From the NCBI GenBank assembly GCA_046563655.1, contig CM102285.1, forward strand, positions 2,914,001 through 2,978,000: a stretch of DNA of 64,000 nucleotides. Direction: 5' to 3'. The notes under the pieces are model-generated. The model was not told the origin of the DNA. It saw nothing but the letters and a program-made list of their open reading frames with translations, and did not search any database. Source of the DNA: Yuukianura sp. NJ FZ-2021. Lineage: Eukaryota. Positions 49,601 to 61,730 of the stretch are shown here, in pieces (positions within the stretch are counted from its first letter, which is position 1; each line of letters starts with the position of its first letter). The position numbers and the translations under genes are program-made.

Positions 49601-51720
49601 CGTGAGGCTGAAAAACACGGTGTAAATTTCTCCAGGGGTTATCACTCCTTCGGTCAGAAGATTGACGGAGTACCATAGTGCGACTGCGTAGAACGTGTAA
49701 ATCAAAAAGTACATTCCACCAATCCCAATTCCTGTTAAAACTTCCACTTTTTCAGCAGCTTTCGATCCACGCAGTAGCGCTTCCTTATAGCGCCTAACTA
49801 CTTTCCGTTCGCCAGACAGAGCAGCCAAGGTGCGTATGCCCATTAACGCTTCGGAACAAATTTTTCCAGCTTTAGCATATGCTTTGCGTTCCTTTGATGA
49901 TTTTTTCGTAATTTTCTGAAGAAAAAAAAAGAAGTTTGCTTTAAGAAAATTTGTGACAGAAAAATAGATTTTGTGCCAAAATATTTGAATTTTTGTTTTT
50001 ATAACAAAAAAGCTCACTGTCCAAATCAAAATCAGTTTTGTTATGATAAACGGTGCTGCTGCTAGGAAGACCAGCGTCAGTTTTGTGTTCGTCAATAGTC
50101 CAATTCCGGCTCCAAATAGTGCAATCGTAGTGTATTCAATTACGAACGCAAACTTTTGACCAACGCCTTCGCGAAACCGCTCGCAGTCACTAATTCGCAA
50201 AGTAAGTAGGTAGAGAGAAAACGGAATTCAATTGTTTTTATACGTTTATAGTATTTTTCAAGCAAATTTAAAAACTTTGTGTATAATTTTAAATTTTTAT
50301 TAAACTCACTCTGCAATTTTTAAAACAAGACCTCCAGTAGCACGGCGACCAAACCACGCCAGCTCTTGTCGTTGTAGCTGATAAATAAATTTCTGCCTGA
50401 TTCTGTACAGCTGATTTTCAGCAATCCATTCCCAAGTTATTGTCTTACAAAAAAAAGCACAAAATGCAAGTTATTTTGGTTGTGTAAACTTAAAAACAAA
50501 GAATGTTAATCGACAAACTGATGAGGAAGACTATATATGTTTCATTTAAAGCATAAATGCGCATTAATTTTGTGTACCTGAATAAATCCCGCAATAAAAA
50601 CGGCTGTGCCAATGTAGAAGTAATATGTCGAAAATTCTGCAATATAGGACGCAAAGTCCTCTGCCGTTTCAGTTCCGTTGCTGCTGTAAACGCTTAATTT
50701 CCCAAAATAACCGCCACTGCCTATATCATCCGACGATGGGATTCGACTGGAGTTCAATGCAGTATTGACTTTTGTCGTTACTTTGCTCAAGAACGACAAA
50801 GCCAATTGTCCGCTAATACCTAAATTCTGTTCATGCGTTCTTTCAGTAATATTGCTGTTTTGTTGCTCCTTTCAACAAAATGCAATGCGTAATAATTTTT
50901 TGTGAAACGATTTTTTTTAATTCTGGTAATTTGCTCATAGGTTCACTTACCAGAAGTGCATGAGTTATGTATGCATTTGATATTTTGCCAAATATTTTGA
51001 CTATAGAATTGTGTAACATATCAATTAGGAACGTTTTTTTAAACTGGTAGAATAGTTCAAATTTTTGAGCTCACATTGCCAATAATGGGAAACTTGCAGC
51101 ATGGATAATGGTGAAAATAACTCCAATGAAAAGTAAATAGCGATCACTTGTAGATGTGTATTCAAACTGCATCAGGATGCAAGCAAAATAATAGTGAAAA
51201 ACAATTACAAACATGGAAAGAAAAATTTCAAACATGCACAAAAAATTATAAACCGGAAAATAAAATTTTTAATCAAATCTCCGTTCTGTGAAAAGTGCTT
51301 ACCAGTTTTGAAACTTTGTAGAGCAAACCCTGTGCAAGTTCTTTTCCAGTGGCATCTTTTACATCATCAAAATCTTCATCATCCAAATCACTCTCATCTT
51401 CCTCATCATCTGAATGCCTGAATTAAAATGTAATTTTAAGAAATTATGCCATCAAAACTTAGTATGTTAGTTTGTACGAAATGTTAGAGTTTATGAATAA
51501 CAATAATAATACATGCTAAATAAACTGAATATAATAGAAACAATATAACCGTAAATGATAGCAATAAAGCACGGTTAGCTAACTTGTATCCCGTGTCGAT
51601 CAACAATTTTGTAGCTTCTGTTCCATGGAACTGTTGATTTTGTCGTCTAAGGTTTTCTAGTAATGGTTGAACATCCGGATTCAGTAAATATTTTGTTAAA
51701 CTTGACACAATAGAGCCCAT
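43661..51720 (-). CDS. Full-length ABCB (P-glycoprotein/MDR-like) transporter, >20 exons, degenerate NBD motifs
   Basis: TMD1-NBD1-TMD2-NBD2 order with MDR-like segments (ERKAYAKAGKICSEALMGIRT, SILRQHISWFDFDENTPGLLYARLASD, KGDIEFKDVWCSYP, GPSGAGKT). Exons chain in frame apart from two single-base anomalies (~47346-47356 and ~50997). Confidence 0.9.
45312..45411. repeat. Perfect tandem repeat, 4 x 25 bp
   Basis: Unit tttcttacatgaaaacatcagaaac at 45312, 45337, 45362 and 45387. Confidence 0.95.
45866..46470. mobile_element. Tc1/pogo-type non-autonomous element in an ABCB intron
   Basis: Perfect 25-bp inverted ends tacagtggattctctaaataaggga / tcccttatttagagaatccactgta (TA + CAGT terminus), with internal (TA)n and gcgcagtt repeats. 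Confidence 0.85.
47948..48188. mobile_element. MITE with ~80-bp imperfect TIRs in an ABCB intron
   Basis: tacagacgactttctaactta...gcaaaatacaaaa is mirrored by ttttgtattttgcaaatttaagttaggaagtcttctgca. Confidence 0.7.
49011..49437. mobile_element. Mariner-type MITE with ~150-bp imperfect TIRs in an ABCB intron
   Basis: Ends cgagggaa / ttccctcg-ta; the arms are collinear in inverse orientation, and a second hairpin lies in the middle. Confidence 0.8.
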
Positions 51721-52446
51721 CTCACCATCTAGTTTTACACAAATATTTTCTAGATGTCTCAGAAGTTGACTACTAAAACATCATTTTGCGAATACAAAAG
51801 AGACTGCTACCAAGTCTGATCCATTAATAATTTTAATTTAGATTATTTTTACAAATTAATCAATCTGGTTTGCCAATTTGTGGACTTTGCCACAATAACT
51901 TTGTTTTGATTAACACATCCACCGCAAATGCATCTCCTACTATTTAGGATTGACTCCATACTTCTCCCAGTTTTTTCTCACTTTTTAAAGCCAATAACGC
52001 TAAATTGATAGCACTTAAATCTCTGTGGCTTCAAGCACTCGTCCTTCAACTGACGATACAAAAGAAAAGTTGGTCAATTAGTATTAGTGGCGACTGTTTA
52101 AATCACATTTCTGACAAAACTATCACAAAATTCTACGTTTATAAAAAAAAGTATAAATTTTTCCTGTGTACATGCTTTCTGCAACTCTATTCTTATCTTC
52201 AAACTGGTTCAGTTACTATTTTTATACATAAAACGCCATAACTGCTCTTTAGCCAATTAATTCTGTGAAGTTATTCAAACCTTTCAACATTTATTCATTT
52301 TCATCAAAATAAGCTATGGCCATTTAATTATTTTATATATTAAAAATGATTATTATAGACGTTCTGTTCAATTGTCGCTTTCTAACGTAACACGAATGAA
52401 ATAGATTTTATGAAATATTTAGGACCTTCAGTGGAATTTTTCGTTT

Positions 52447-54485
52447 TCAACAAATCAAGCGCCGTGTAGCAACTACGATAGCTAGTATGAGCATTGCGCC
52501 AAATCCAAGATTCTCTTTTCCCGCCATATTTCCACGTGACCCGTTGTAGGTAATCATAACAATTTGATCGTTGCTGTCGTCCGAGACAAACAAGTGACCT
52601 TGCTTGTTAAAAACTGCATTTACAGGCCGAAAACATGTTTGACACCCAATTGGATCATTTTCAAAGGCAATATCAACAACGTTGCCAGTTGGAGCGTAGT
52701 TGCTAGTTTTCGAAAATTCAATTCTGCCAATGGAGTAGCCCGCTCTGATGCTACTGTCTCTCCAGGAACCATGATATGCTACAATTGCGTCGTCTTTCAT
52801 GTCACATGGAAATGCACCATTGACCCCTGACCCCTCGCAGCTTTGTCCAGCGTAAAATTCAATTCCAAGCGGAGCAGTATGAGCGGGTAGAACAAGCACG
52901 GGAGGTATATTCTAGAAGGACATTGAAAAAAATGTTTTTAAGTTAGTTGAGAATACTGGAATAAAAAAATTAATTTGTAGTTTTTTGATGCTTTGCTTTA
53001 CATTTGCTGTAATTCTACACCAAGCATCCGTGTGAATTCCATCGTGCATGAAAGTTGGCCAGGCGAATTGAGTTCCTCTAGGATAACCTTCGAGGATGTC
53101 ACTGCTGAAGCAGTATGGGAAACCATGGTTACCACCGGGCTTACTGTTGCTGTAGTGATGAAGTTCGTCTCCGGGGTTATGGTCACCAATGTTAACACCT
53201 AAGTCAGGTCGATCCAGATCTTCTTCTGCGTTGTCAACTCCCCAGAGGTCACCGGCCTTGTCATAGGCAAGCCCCACCACGTTTCTTGTTCCATCAGCAA
53301 ACACCTAAGGGGTAAAATAAATAATTTTGAGAAAAGTATTTTTTTTCTCGAAAACTACAAATTGTTAATAGGGAGTTTGCGTTATAAGTCGTTTATAGTT
53401 TGTCTATTTTTAGAAGGCGGTTTTCAAATTTGAAAAAATTTTAGTCGCCTTATGGACCGTTAACACAGAAATTATCAATTTTGTGAAATTTTGTATACAA
53501 ACCTAATGGAGAAACAAGGTAAATAGAATATTGGAGAATATATGGAGAAAGTGTTTTTCAAAAACTGAGTTTTGCCATAAGCGTCGCAATGGAAGCGAAA
53601 AAATCAACGAAACAAACCCGCCTTCTAAAAATAGACAAACTATACAATTTACAGCGAGAAGTGACGTCACTTATTAAACTTTTCGGATTTGGAAAGTTTA
53701 TAAACATGGTTCATAAGTGCCATAAATGAGAAAAGTTTGGTAGTGACGTGACAGATTTGAAATCGACCAATCGCGGGGGGCGTAACAAAACGGCTGGCAT
53801 GGGGTTAAAAAAGGCGGGACTTGCTAAATTCTATACTTTCTATAAAATCTACAATTGATTTCAAGTGTAAACTTCCTAATAGAAAAAAAAAATTCTAAAA
53901 AATAACGATTTTGTCTCTTACTTCTCCAGTGTTAAATTCAATTGGAAAGCTAGACTTTGCAGAGATATCAAACCGCCGAATTCTTGCTCGATTTGAATTC
54001 GGATCGACATTGTCTGCTGATCCAACAGTAACGATCAGTCGTCCTTGGGCATCAAAGATCAAAGTCCGTGTCACGTGACCTCCAGTAGGCATTCCCTTAA
54101 TGACGACTTCCTCAGCAGCAGTGACAGTCTTCCTTGTTCCAGCTACATAGCGCCAGCGGTATACAGTGGATGCGCTTGAAGCATAGACATAACCTTCACG
54201 ATACGTAACTCCATGGGTCAGGTCAAGTCCTCGACCATCCACAATCATATTCTTAAAAAACGCTTGTCCTCCATCTATTTCCTTCATTGCAAAAATACAA
54301 GAAGTGCCGGATGACAGAATTAAAATGTCACCTGAATCATCCACAAATAGTCCCCGCGGCTTTTCGATTAAAGCAACCTGTTGAGCCCTGTAGCCTGACG
54401 CTGTTTGAATTTTTGCAGCACCATTTTGAAATGAAAGTACCAGAACGCAGGATACCAAAAGCGATATATTAAGTAATGCGATCAT
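52447..54485 (-). CDS. Secreted PQQ-type sugar dehydrogenase (sorbosone dehydrogenase / CAZy AA12-like beta-propeller), 3 exons
   Basis: Exons 54485-53922, 53304-53002 and 52911-52447 join in frame. Signal peptide; motifs GGHVTRTL, VTVGSADNVD, DGTRNVVG, WGVDN, NPGDEL, GFPYC, AHTAPLG, YHGSW, RPV; hydrophobic C-terminus. Confidence 0.8.
53394..53644. mobile_element. MITE (TA-flanked) in dehydrogenase intron 1
   Basis: Perfect inverted ends tatagtttgtctatttttagaaggcgg / ccgccttctaaaaatagacaaactata. Confidence 0.85.
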
Positions 54486-54619
54486 ATTGATCTCGTAATG
54501 TGGAAAATAGGCGTTGACGCCAAAATGTTTCTTCTAGGTTTCAAATTTTCACAGGGTTTTTGAAACACAACTAACAGAACACGACTATTATTTAGAAGAT
54601 GTCGTTAGGTTTTATTTAT

Positions 54620-54771
54620 ACTAGACGGAACCCGTGATGTTTACACATCACGATGACATGAAGGAAGGATGAATTTGAACATTTTGTCAAAAATCCGCTA
54701 GCTTTTTCGTTTGACCCGAGGTATGACCTAGGTAATTTCGTGATGTCTAAACATCACGGGTTCTGTCTAGT
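54620..54771. mobile_element. Short inverted-repeat element upstream of the dehydrogenase gene
   Basis: actagacggaacccgtgatgttta / taaacatcacgggttctgtctagt (one mismatch). Confidence 0.6.
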
Positions 54772-55874
54772 TGATTCGAAACTGTAATTGTAAAGGCTGG
54801 GGGGGCAAGCCCCCCAGACCCCCTCTTTTTGGCTTTTGAGTTGAGATGATATTTTTGGAAGTCTGTGCTTGGAGAAGTAATGTAAAAGGTACACCCCAGG
54901 ATCGTTCCACTCTTCCACACAGAGAGAGTTTTTTGCACATATAGTTTGCATGGTCATGCTGTTAACATTGGGACGACCAACACTCGTCAATTAGAGTATG
55001 ATTTCAACTGAATAAAGTTGTTAAGGCCGATTATTTGTTAGCAAGATTGGAGCTGATTGCTTCCTAATAATTAAGGTTAATAAACTTGAACTTTAAAGCC
55101 TGTTTACAATTAATACAATTCCAGGCAAGTCAATCAACTATTTACTAAAAACCGATAAGCAAATGACTCATTTTTATTAGTTCACTTTCATAACCAATCA
55201 ATGTAAAATGCCAAAGTAAACAAGTTCAAAACCCTCCTTCACTGAAAAAAAAACACAACCTCCACGCATAGAAATAACTTTTCATCAAAATATAGTCTGA
55301 TTCGTACAAGAATTTGAGATATTCCGAAATACTCATCAAGAGGTGGATTGATTTTTCGTGTATTTTCGTTTGACCTATGAACAGCTTCTACTACGACCAG
55401 AATAACGCAAAAAGTCAATCAAGTCTACCGCAGAGAAACAAATAAATTATAGGCGTTCGATTTGAGTATTGCAACAATATTTATTAGTTGGACTGTGTAC
55501 ATTGGCAGTTCCTATTTATTTTTGTTATTGTTTAGCACTAATGTACAGTAGACGCAAAGTGAGAAAAGTGGAGATAATTTTTGAAAATTTAAAATGTCAA
55601 GCGTGACACTTTTGAAGTTTAATTTCGAAGGTGTTCACAACAAATTTACTCTGTATTGATTCCGTGACTACGTGTTAATTTAAGGCTTATTAAAGTTAAA
55701 TAGTGCTTAATAGTTTTTGCTGAGTATGAGTTTATGTAATACGATGATGAGTAATATTGCATATGTCACAAAATTTTATATACGTATAATAAATTATAAC
55801 AATAATTACTAAAATAAAATTGTGTAACACTATCCATATAGCATGGTTTTAGCCTGTTCCTACACCAATGATTT

Positions 55875-57089
55875 TCAACGTAAAGTAAGTAGTAGGTCAA
55901 TTGTTGTGTTCAAAATAACACTACCGAATACTTGTAGACAAAAGTTTCTACTGCGAATGGTAAACAAGCTACCCATGCTTACTTCAATAGGGCGACAAGA
56001 TTTCCTAAAAGTGCGTTCAAATTTGCTGAGGCACGAATCCGTATATGTGTAGTATCGTGTTGAGTTTACACTAACATATACGCAGTTCTGAATAATCAAC
56101 ATTGAAACAGTGACCACTCCTGTATCCAACACAATCAACATCAAAAGTACACCAACGTTAAACTTAGCCCAAGCCTTGACTATTGTAACCGACAAAGAGA
56201 TGGTAATAAAAGTGTTTGCGTAGTAAGCAAACTGCATGCCAAAGTACAGAAATTCCGTGGTAAATATGTGGAGTATCTGGACTTTTCTGTAGCATTTTTG
56301 CAGTACTTCGCGCCAAACAGCATCTGCAAACCGCTGTTTCTCTGCTACAAATAGAAGAAATTGGGCACTGCGGTAAATTTGGACGAACAAGGGAAGTAGA
56401 CTGAAGCCGGCCCAGTACGCGTTGAATCCATCCACAACCACGAGCACAAAAGTTGTAGCTGTCTTTGCAAGAAGGTTATTCTCAATGAAGATTTTGAAAA
56501 ATGAGGTCAAAAATTCAACCAAAAAGTTGTTTGCAAATGTCGCCAAAATGCTCAAAATAACAGTTTCCAGCAGGATTGATTTGAACAGTACATTAAATGC
56601 TTTTAGGAAGAGGTTGAGCCATTCCATATTTCGTGCCATTGACTCCGAAAATAGGTTCTCTTGTAATCAAAACGTGCGTGTTACTTATAGTTAAACCTGT
56701 AAATTCAAAGTTCACTAATTAGTTAATTTTTTTTACATACTTGCTTCGTTGTCTACTTCCAAGAATTTGTTGACGTAGTTACATGCAGCATGTAAATTTG
56801 TATCCCATAAGTACTCCGTCTGCATTCCATACGCCAGAAGTGTCGCAAACGCCACATTCATTATGAATTCGAACGGTTGGCTTTTCCGGTCATACATCTG
56901 GGCAAAAAACATTAGGAGTTGCGCAATAGAAAGCAAACGGATAACCGTTTTAAGTGGAGTTATTTTTGAGGTTCCCTGAACCAAAATTTCCATTTTCCAC
57001 TTGCAATCTGTGTATGTCAATTTGTAGGGGCAAATTTTTAAAAACCTACCAATACTTAGGTATTTATCGTAGTAAACGCAGTAAAACAT
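55875..57089 (-). CDS. Gustatory-receptor-like 7TM chemoreceptor, paralog 1 (~378 aa, 2 exons)
   Basis: Exons 57089-56741 and 56659-55875; multiple TM segments; C-terminal SCRPIEVSMGSLFTI...ILNTTIDLLL resembles the GR/OR TM7 region. Confidence 0.65.
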
Positions 57090-58176
57090 TTTCACTTCAA
57101 CGTAAAAGGTAAAGACTTAAATACAAGTAACGTTTTATGAAAACTTATTTTAAAAAACTTTAGAGGCAATGGTATATAATTGCGGATCGCAGGACTCGAA
57201 AATCAAACTGGGAATCACTATAAAAATTCGTAAACCAGCATTAGGCTTTTTTAGCTTTGAAAATAGTATAATGAACTGTAAATAATGCATTTGCAATTCG
57301 CGAAGTACATTACTCAACCCAACGCTAAAAGATGTCATGATTGGCGTAGGCTTCCTCTGGATACATAATGCATCACGATATTTGACTCATCAGTGAACGC
57401 CCTATTGGTACTGTTTTGGTGCACTTAAATTTGCAATAAGCTTCCTAATGGTTTTAGGGTTTTACAACCTTCATAATTGATAACTTTGGAACACACATAA
57501 CAGTTTTCAAAAGCAATAGAAAGTTAAAAATGAAAAAGTAATATTGAACAAAAAGAGAAAAGGGATAGAATTTGGAAAACAAGAAAAGACCAATACTACT
57601 GGCAAGCTTTTTATCAATAAAGTATTACTTTAAACTTTAGAAGCAAGTCCTTGAAATATAATTTAGGTTTTAGAAATATGTCTTTGTCGTAAATAATGCA
57701 ACTTATTGGTTTTACTAGAAGAATTTTTACATACTTATTTTTTTCTTTTTACGGTACACCATACTTATAGAATGTCTCTAACCTATAATTAAACAATATT
57801 TGCAACAGCATTGGACAGTTAATGAATATATTACTTGGTGGCAGTAAATCCAACGATTTGGCTATTTAACTCCTGCCATAAATTACAAAGGTCAAAACAC
57901 AAAAGTTTTTAAAAATCATGTCACTACTTTTGGGATGTTAGACTGTCTTATCTCCTATCCAAGGTTATAGTATGTAGTTGCAGGAAACACATGGGACTTC
58001 ATTGCCTGTTTGACACACTCTAAAAGTATAAATTATTCTGCAATCCCCGTAAGCTGCGGAGTGTCGAACCGGAAAGAAATGCATTTGAAGTTAAATTCGA
58101 TCTTGTAATCGTCGGAAAAACGTAGAACGATCGCGAATAGGTGATATATAAGGTTGATTGATAAATAACATGTAAG

Positions 58177-59107
58177 TCATTCCACAGTAAAGTGAGTATC
58201 GGAACTATAGAAGAGGTTGTGGGAAGCGTTGTCATGTGGTGACTGAGGACTAGGTGATTCTTCGATACCGTCTTTACCATCCCCTTCTGCTAGAATGTAT
58301 AGGTCACCTTCGTTGAGTACTAAACTCTTTTCACCTTTCATAGATTCGCGGTACTTTTGAAGGTAGTTCTTCAATGGCTCCACGTAGTTGTCAAATCCTA
58401 GGGCTTGCATGGCAAATAATATGTCCTCGCCGTTGATGGTCTTTCGCTTCTCCTGATGGCATCGCTCCGAGGCTGCGGAATTCACAGACAGTTTATACTC
58501 GGTGAGAAAATATATGCAGAGGAAAATGAAACAGATGCTGTAGGATTTTTACTGCATTGGAAATTAGATTTAACCGACTAAACTAATCAGATTAAAAAAT
58601 GGGGTTTACTTAAGATACCTTCTGAAGTGATGAAGCTTACGAATTCGCTTACGCACTCTTGGACACATTCCCTGGCATCCTTAGCAATCTGTACATACAT
58701 AAAAACCAAGCATAATTCGTTATTTCAAAATTCGTGCTCCGTATTGAGAACTTACTTTGCCGGTTTTTGGAATCGATTTCTTCATAAGTCGAGAGACATT
58801 GGCAATCGGAAGGAACCTGTCCTGTTCTCTTAATACACCGGTTCGATCCGAATCGTCATCATCGTCGTGGCTATCTATTTACCAAAGAAGATGTTGTGGT
58901 AATTAATATGAAGTACGATAGAATATACTAGAAGCAAGTATATGAGCATTCTGAAAAGTATAAGTTCTAATAATTTTAATATAACAGTTAGGCAGAGCTT
59001 AGTACAATTCGCAATGGAATGTTACCTTCGTCAGTGATGATGAACTGCGCAGTTTCTTCTGCAAGGAATGTCGTACTTAGGTCTTCATTCTCACTTGCGC
59101 TGTCCAT
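58177..59107 (-). CDS. NF-YB: Nuclear transcription factor Y subunit beta
   Basis: Exons 59107-59026, 58874-58756, 58688-58619 and 58472-58177 give [84 protein letters not shown]. Confidence 0.95.
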
Positions 59108-59815
59108 TGGTTCGCTATGCTATTCGGACTTGCAATTCCAAATGCTTCTTGTTAATTGTTTTACCAATTACCAATGAGTAGTGGAAGTGGAACTGGAAGA
59201 ACCTGCTGTAACTCCCGTCAAACGCAAACAATTGAAGATGTTGATTTCTTCCTTCGAAAAAAATAAGTCAATATAAACCGAGATTAATTAATTGAACGGG
59301 TTAATAAAAGCTGTAAAGCTAACAGATGAATCGATGATTGATGAATGGTAAAATTGTATTTTTCTATTCCTTTAAATCTGAAATCAAGAACTCACAACAG
59401 CTGACATCACAATAATTTATAAGATCTAATCCAATACCCGACAGGGTGTACCTATTCCACAGAAACAGATGATTTTGCTGATACGGTTGAAATTGAGAAA
59501 CAGTAGATGGTGTACCCTACATCTTTTCAAAATTAAAGCGTACGAATAGTTTTCTTTCAAATTGCTCTGACGAAAGCAAGGTTATGTCAAAGGTCGTGAG
59601 AAAAGTGGATTTACATTAGTAAGTTGCCGCGATATCAGTAGGTGCTTTTACTTTTTGTTTGTTCCAATGAAAAGTTAACGGGAGTTGAAATATTGCGAAG
59701 TTGAGTTGAAAGCAGCTTGACGTAAGATGGTTAGCTTTGGATAACTAATGCACCAAGCTATCTAGAACTATCATGAATTGGTATTTTTTGAGATGTAATG
59801 TATAACAAATGTAAA

Positions 59816-60170
59816 TGACAGTGTTCTTTGTTCCAGCGATATACCGCCAACCATGTACAATTGATGCGTTTGAAGCATAGACATAACCTTCCTGGTACGT
59901 TACTCCATGGGTCAGGTCAAGTCCTCAGCCATCGACAATCATATTCTTAAAAAACGCTTGACCGCCGTCTATTTCCAATTTTGCAAAAATAGAAGTAGCT
60001 CCCGAGGAAAGAATGAAAATGTCACCTGAATGTGATTCATCCACAAATAATCCCCGCGGCTTCTCGATTGAAGCAACTTACTGACCCCTGTAGTCAGATC
60101 CTGTTTGAATTTTAGCAGCACCATTTTGAAATTGACAAGTCAATAAAACACTAATAAGCACATAGCTCAT
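59816..60170 (-). pseudogene. Truncated pseudogene copy of the 5' end of the sugar dehydrogenase
   Basis: Collinear with ~54122-54435; in-frame TAA at ~60078-60080 where the intact gene has CAG; homology ends mid-exon. Confidence 0.85.
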
Positions 60171-60526
60171 TTTTCATAGTTCACATTTATGATCAAAGTA
60201 AAATGCCAAAGTAAACTGAAAGTTCAAATATCTTCTACTAACTAAAGAGAAACAACCTCTCTTTCTGGAAATGATTTTTTATCAAAAACAAAAGCGGGTT
60301 TTTTCAATGAACTTACGAAATCTTCCGAACTACTGATCACGGAATGATTGGTTTTTCGTTCCTGTTCTGCCTAGGGTCAAAGGAGTTATGCTGCTAATGT
60401 ACAACCTCCACCATCTAATTGAATATAAACTACACCAAAAGTGGTAAAAACGGCGTAAAGAACTATTACAACGACCTAACAAGCAAAAAGACATTGAGAA
60501 GAAACCCAAAGAAATTGGCGATCGAT

Positions 60527-60600
60527 TTTGAATTTGAATTTGAATTTTTATTTGACCAAATAGTGCCCTGCTGACAGGTGTTACCATACCATGATACCAT
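60527..60600 (-). mobile_element. Possible 3' end of a CR1/L2-type retroelement
   Basis: The minus strand reads AATAAA followed by (ATTCAA)3, within sequence missing from the paralogous block; the upstream extent is unknown. Confidence 0.35.
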
Positions 60601-61730
60601 GGCGTATTATGAAGTAGTGCTTATTCAATGTAAACAGTTTTGTGCTTTAAGGGTAGACAGGAGATTAAAAATAACAAAAGGTGAATTAAAAGTGTGTCGA
60701 ATGTAAGATTGAAATCTGAATGTCAGAGTTTATGTGTTGCGTCTTGTTGCAGATGATCAATTGGGAGAGCTTGAAGATGATTTACATTGATATTGATTTA
60801 GTTATGCTAATTTAAACTTAATATTGAAAGTGAAAAGTGAAATTGAATTGAAGTGACCGATTGAATTGATTTGAATTCAAGTGAAAGATATGACTATGAC
60901 TTGTGTTCCTATATTCATGCTTATTTGATGTTTTGTTGATTTTTTATTTTTTCGTTGGTGGTTATAGGACGCTACCATAACCTAAGGCTAAAAGTCAACG
61001 CTAAATGTATCCTAAAGGCTAAAAAATAGATGCTATTCTAAATCTATGAGGTAAAAAGCCACAACATATGTATTGCAACAATGTTTATTATTTGGGCGGG
61101 GTATATTCACTATTCCCATTTGTGTTTTTGTTTAGAACAAATGTACGACATCTAAAAGAGTAAACAGCTATTTTGTTTCCATAGAAACAACGAGTTATAA
61201 ATTATGTAAACATAAGGAGAAAGCTGACTCAAAATTTGAAACTTTAGTTAACTCTTATGAAAGAATGTTTTGCAAATCGCGTTATTATATCTCACTCGTT
61301 TTCCCTCCACAGTTTTGCACAATAAACAAATTACTGATTTCTGGGTGTACTCTTTTAGCTGGCGGTTACCGTATAATAAAATTAAACGCAAAAGTGCGGA
61401 AAGTGGAGACGATTTTTGTAAATTCAAAATAAATTTAGCTTAGAGTCAAGCGTGTAACACTTTTAAAGTTTCATTTTGACGGCGTTCTCAACAAATTCAC
61501 ACGCTATTACTCCTGTGACTACGTGTTAGTTTACTGCTTAAAGTTAAGTAATAATAGGTATTAATTTTTTGCTGAGTACGAGTTTATAGTAAAACAATGA
61601 TGGGCAATATTGCATGCGTGATAATATTATATATAGTACGTATAACACCCAATAACAATATACTATAATAAATTTATGTAACACTATTCCTAAATATATG
61701 TTTCTTTCCTATTACTAGACCAATGGTTTT

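Noticed and set aside
52447-54485. Dehydrogenase as bacterial contamination
   Set aside because: It has spliceosomal introns, a host MITE and a local pseudogene duplicate
59100-59180. CCAAT boxes near the NF-YB start (autoregulation)
   Set aside because: A 5-mer expected often by chance, and the transcription start is unknown
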